64,000 nucleotides of DNA from Candidatus Spongiisociaceae bacterium (lineage in GTDB: Bacteria; Actinomycetota; Acidimicrobiia; Spongiisociales; Spongiisociaceae), in NCBI GenBank assembly GCA_965262915.1, contig OZ253564.1:3264001-3328000 (forward strand), in the 5' to 3' direction. A program made the translations under genes and the position numbers. Shown piece by piece: positions 61,667 to 64,000 of the stretch (its first letter is position 1; the number at the start of each line of letters is the position of its first letter). Below the pieces are notes generated by a model, which was not told the DNA's origin, searched no databases, and saw only the letters and a program-made list of their open reading frames with translations.

Positions 61667-63199
61667 ATGCCGCTCACCAAACAGGAGTTGGAGTCGAAGC
61701 TGTGGCAGGCCGCCGACATCCTGCGCGGGCAGATCGACGCGGCGGATTACAAGAACTACATCTTCTCGATGCTGTTCCTGAAACGACTCTCCGACCGTTT
61801 CGACGAGGAGGTGGAGGCGGCCGTGGCCGCGGGGGTCCCCCGCCGGGTTGCCCTGACGGACCTCGACGAGCACGAGTTCTTCATCCCCGAGCCGGCCCGG
61901 TGGCGGGCGATCACAGCGGCCTCGATGAACCTCGGCGAGGTCCTCAACGCCGCCGGCCAGAACATCGAGTCGGCCAACATTCCCAGGCTCGACGGTGTGA
62001 TGGTGGGCACCAACTGGAACGACGAGACCAAACTCGGCAGCCCGGCCAACCGTGAGCGCATCATCCGGAGCCTGGTCGACCACTTCAGCGCCCTGAACCT
62101 CCGGGACGACAACCTCCGGGACGGCGAACGCGGTGGCAGCGACGTATTGGGCGATGCCTACGAGTATCTGATCAACCGCTTCGCCGACGACGCCGGCAAG
62201 AAGGGCGGCGAGTTCTACACCCCCCGGCCGGTGGTGAGGCTGATCGTCGAGCTGCTACAACCGCGCGAAGGGATGCGCATCTGCGATCCGACGGCCGGCT
62301 CGGGGGGAATGCTGATCTATACCGCCCAGTATGTGCACGAGAACGGCGGCAACCGGCGCAACCTGGTGCTCCACGGCCAGGAACGCAATCTGGGCACCCT
62401 CGCCGCCGGAAAGCTCAACCTTCTGCTGCACGGGCTGTCGGCCGCCCGCCTCGAACCCGGCGATGTCATCGCCGAGCCCGGTCTGGTAGACCGGACGGGC
62501 CGCCTGCTCGCCTACGACCGGGTGATCGCCAATCCCCCCTTCAGCCTCAAGAACTGGGGGCACGACCTCGCGCCCTACGATCCCCACCACCGGTTCGACC
62601 GCTACGGCGCCATTCCCCCACGGACCAGGGGCGACTTCGCTTTCCTGCTCCACATGCTCGGCGTGACCAGCGCCGACGGGATGGTCGGGGTCGTCATGCC
62701 TCACGGGATCCTGTTCAGAGGCGGCGCCGAGGGCAGGATCCGCCGCGGCATACTGGAAGCCGACCTGTTCGAGGCGATCATCGGACTGGCACCCAATCTC
62801 TTCTTCGGCGCCAGCATCCCCGTGGCGATCTGCGTACTCAGCAAGGCCAAGCCTCCCGAGCGCCGGGGCAAGGTGCTCTTCGTCGACGCCAACCAGGAGG
62901 GCTGCTTCCGCAAGGAAAAGGCCAAGAACATCCTCCAACCCCAACATATTGCCAGGATCGTGAATGCCTACCGTGACTTCGAGGAAGTCGAACGCTTTAC
63001 CCATGTGGCGAACCTCGAGGAAATCGCGGCCAACGACTACAACCTGAACATCAGCCGGTACGTGGACACGACCGAGCCGGTGGAAGTGCTCAGCGTCGAA
63101 GAAGCATTGGCTCGGATGCGACGAGCAGAACGCGCCCGGGACGAAGCGGTGGCCAAGATGGATGCATTGCTCCTGGAGCTGAGGTATGCCGAAGGTTAG
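61667..63199 (+). CDS. hsdM: Type I RM methyltransferase subunit
   Basis: LW.AAD.LRG..D...YK.YI..MLFLK.LSD, GDAYEYL, GEFYTP, DPTAGSGG, NPPF, PHG.LFRG, YNLNI.RYV. Confidence 0.96.
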   Translation: MPLTKQELESKLWQAADILRGQIDAADYKNYIFSMLFLKRLSDRFDEEVEAAVAAGVPRRVALTDLDEHEFFIPEPARWRAITAASMNLGEVLNAAGQNIESANIPRLDGVMVGTNWNDETKLGSPANRERIIRSLVDHFSALNLRDDNLRDGERGGSDVLGDAYEYLINRFADDAGKKGGEFYTPRPVVRLIVELLQPREGMRICDPTAGSGGMLIYTAQYVHENGGNRRNLVLHGQERNLGTLAAGKLNLLLHGLSAARLEPGDVIAEPGLVDRTGRLLAYDRVIANPPFSLKNWGHDLAPYDPHHRFDRYGAIPPRTRGDFAFLLHMLGVTSADGMVGVVMPHGILFRGGAEGRIRRGILEADLFEAIIGLAPNLFFGASIPVAICVLSKAKPPERRGKVLFVDANQEGCFRKEKAKNILQPQHIARIVNAYRDFEEVERFTHVANLEEIAANDYNLNISRYVDTTEPVEVLSVEEALARMRRAERARDEAVAKMDALLLELRYAEG

Positions 63200-63389
63200 G
63201 CAGGCAATACGACTGGTGGAAAGGGAGGGATGGAGACTGAAACACACCCGCGGCAGCCATCGGCAATACCGGCATCCCGACAAACCGGGGACCGTCACGA
63301 TAGCAGGCAGCATGAGCCAAGACCTGGCACCCCGGACATGGAAGAGTATTCTCAGGCAGGCAGGGATAGAGAGAGGAGAAGCGAGATGA
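63186..63389 (+). CDS. hicA: HicA family toxin
   Basis: GW.....RGSH.QY.HP.KPG.VT......DL...T..SIL.QAG. Confidence 0.92.
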   Translation: MPKVRQAIRLVEREGWRLKHTRGSHRQYRHPDKPGTVTIAGSMSQDLAPRTWKSILRQAGIERGEAR

Positions 63390-63592
63390 AATACGCTGTT
63401 GTCATCGAAAAGACCGGCAATGGATACTCGGCATATGCCCCGGATGTCCCGGGCTGTGTGGCCGCGGCGGATACGCGTGCTGAAGTCAGAGAGCTGATCG
63501 GCGAAGCAATCCTTCTACATATCGACTCGCTTCGCCAGCATGGTGATCCTATTCCCGAACCTCAGGTATCGGTTGCGACAGTACACGTGTAG
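63386..63592 (+). CDS. hicB: Short HicB family antitoxin (68 aa, no DNA-binding domain)
   Basis: Y.VVIE....Y.AY.PD.PGC.A...T..E....I.EAI..H...L...G.PIP.P; ATGA overlap. Confidence 0.92.
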   Translation: MKYAVVIEKTGNGYSAYAPDVPGCVAAADTRAEVRELIGEAILLHIDSLRQHGDPIPEPQVSVATVHV

Positions 63593-63655
63593 GTCTTGCA
63601 AAAGCGGTAGTTATACGGTAGGACCGGAAGTTGTTGGAATGGTTTGTACCAGGAG

Positions 63656-64000
63656 ATGAAGTCCGCGGTCCCGGAGGGCTGGAAAACAGTACGGCTTGGG
63701 GATGTCACAGAAGTCAATCGATATTATTGGAACCCGTCGGACAGTTCGCGCATCCTGTATCTGGATCTGACCGCCGTTGTCGCTCCCGGAAGGCTCTCAT
63801 CCCCCAGGGAGCTGGCGTCCAGCAATGCGCCCAGTAGAGCTCGGCGCCTCGTACGTTCTCATGACATCCTCGTCAGCACTGTTCGCCCCAATCTCAGGAG
63901 TTTCGCCCGCGTTCGCCAAGCTCCCGACAACCTGGTCGCCTCGACAGGCTTTGCCGTACTGACCCCACTACCCACAACCGATGCTTCCCTGATATTCCAT
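63656..64000 (+). CDS. hsdS: Type I RM specificity subunit (runs off window)
   Basis: MKSAVPEGWKTVRLGDV, APSRARR.V...DIL.STVRP.L, V.STGFAVL; frame open to the window end. Confidence 0.9.
   Translation, partial: MKSAVPEGWKTVRLGDVTEVNRYYWNPSDSSRILYLDLTAVVAPGRLSSPRELASSNAPSRARRLVRSHDILVSTVRPNLRSFARVRQAPDNLVASTGFAVLTPLPTTDASLIFH

Overview
High-GC actinobacterial DNA, most likely Acidimicrobiia. This is inferred from the F420-type enzymes, the Thr/Ala/Pro-linker lipoproteins, the tandem CIRCE groES-groEL and the galU-moeA-moaC-glpR-tRNA-Ala(CGC) synteny. Core blocks are glpR/moaC/moeA/galU, plsY-fmdB-mobA-SAF-uppP, mrp, acnA, ggt, groESL, tsaD-rimI-tsaB-tsaE-udg and alr. Accessory material between them: (1) an archaeal-type Translin/Trax (C3PO) RNase gene directly upstream of tRNA-Ala; (2) a ~6 kb NitT/TauT ABC cassette bracketed by inverted copies of a 107-bp hairpin element, with an IS630 inserted in the terminal CTAG of one copy; (3) seven copies of that element (family A, with covarying stems) and two loci of a second ~165-bp structured element (family B); (4) a ~22 kb catabolic region (amidase with small partner, RidA, FAH, acetamidase, aldolase, SDRs, Opp-type ABC with a duplicated permease); (5) several TA modules; (6) the start of a type I RM locus with an extra half-size HsdS and a hicAB pair between hsdM and hsdS. 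Several lesions (in-frame amber, compensated double frameshift, internal deletion, missing start codons) point to erosion or assembly error. All calls come from reading motifs by eye; no searches were run.
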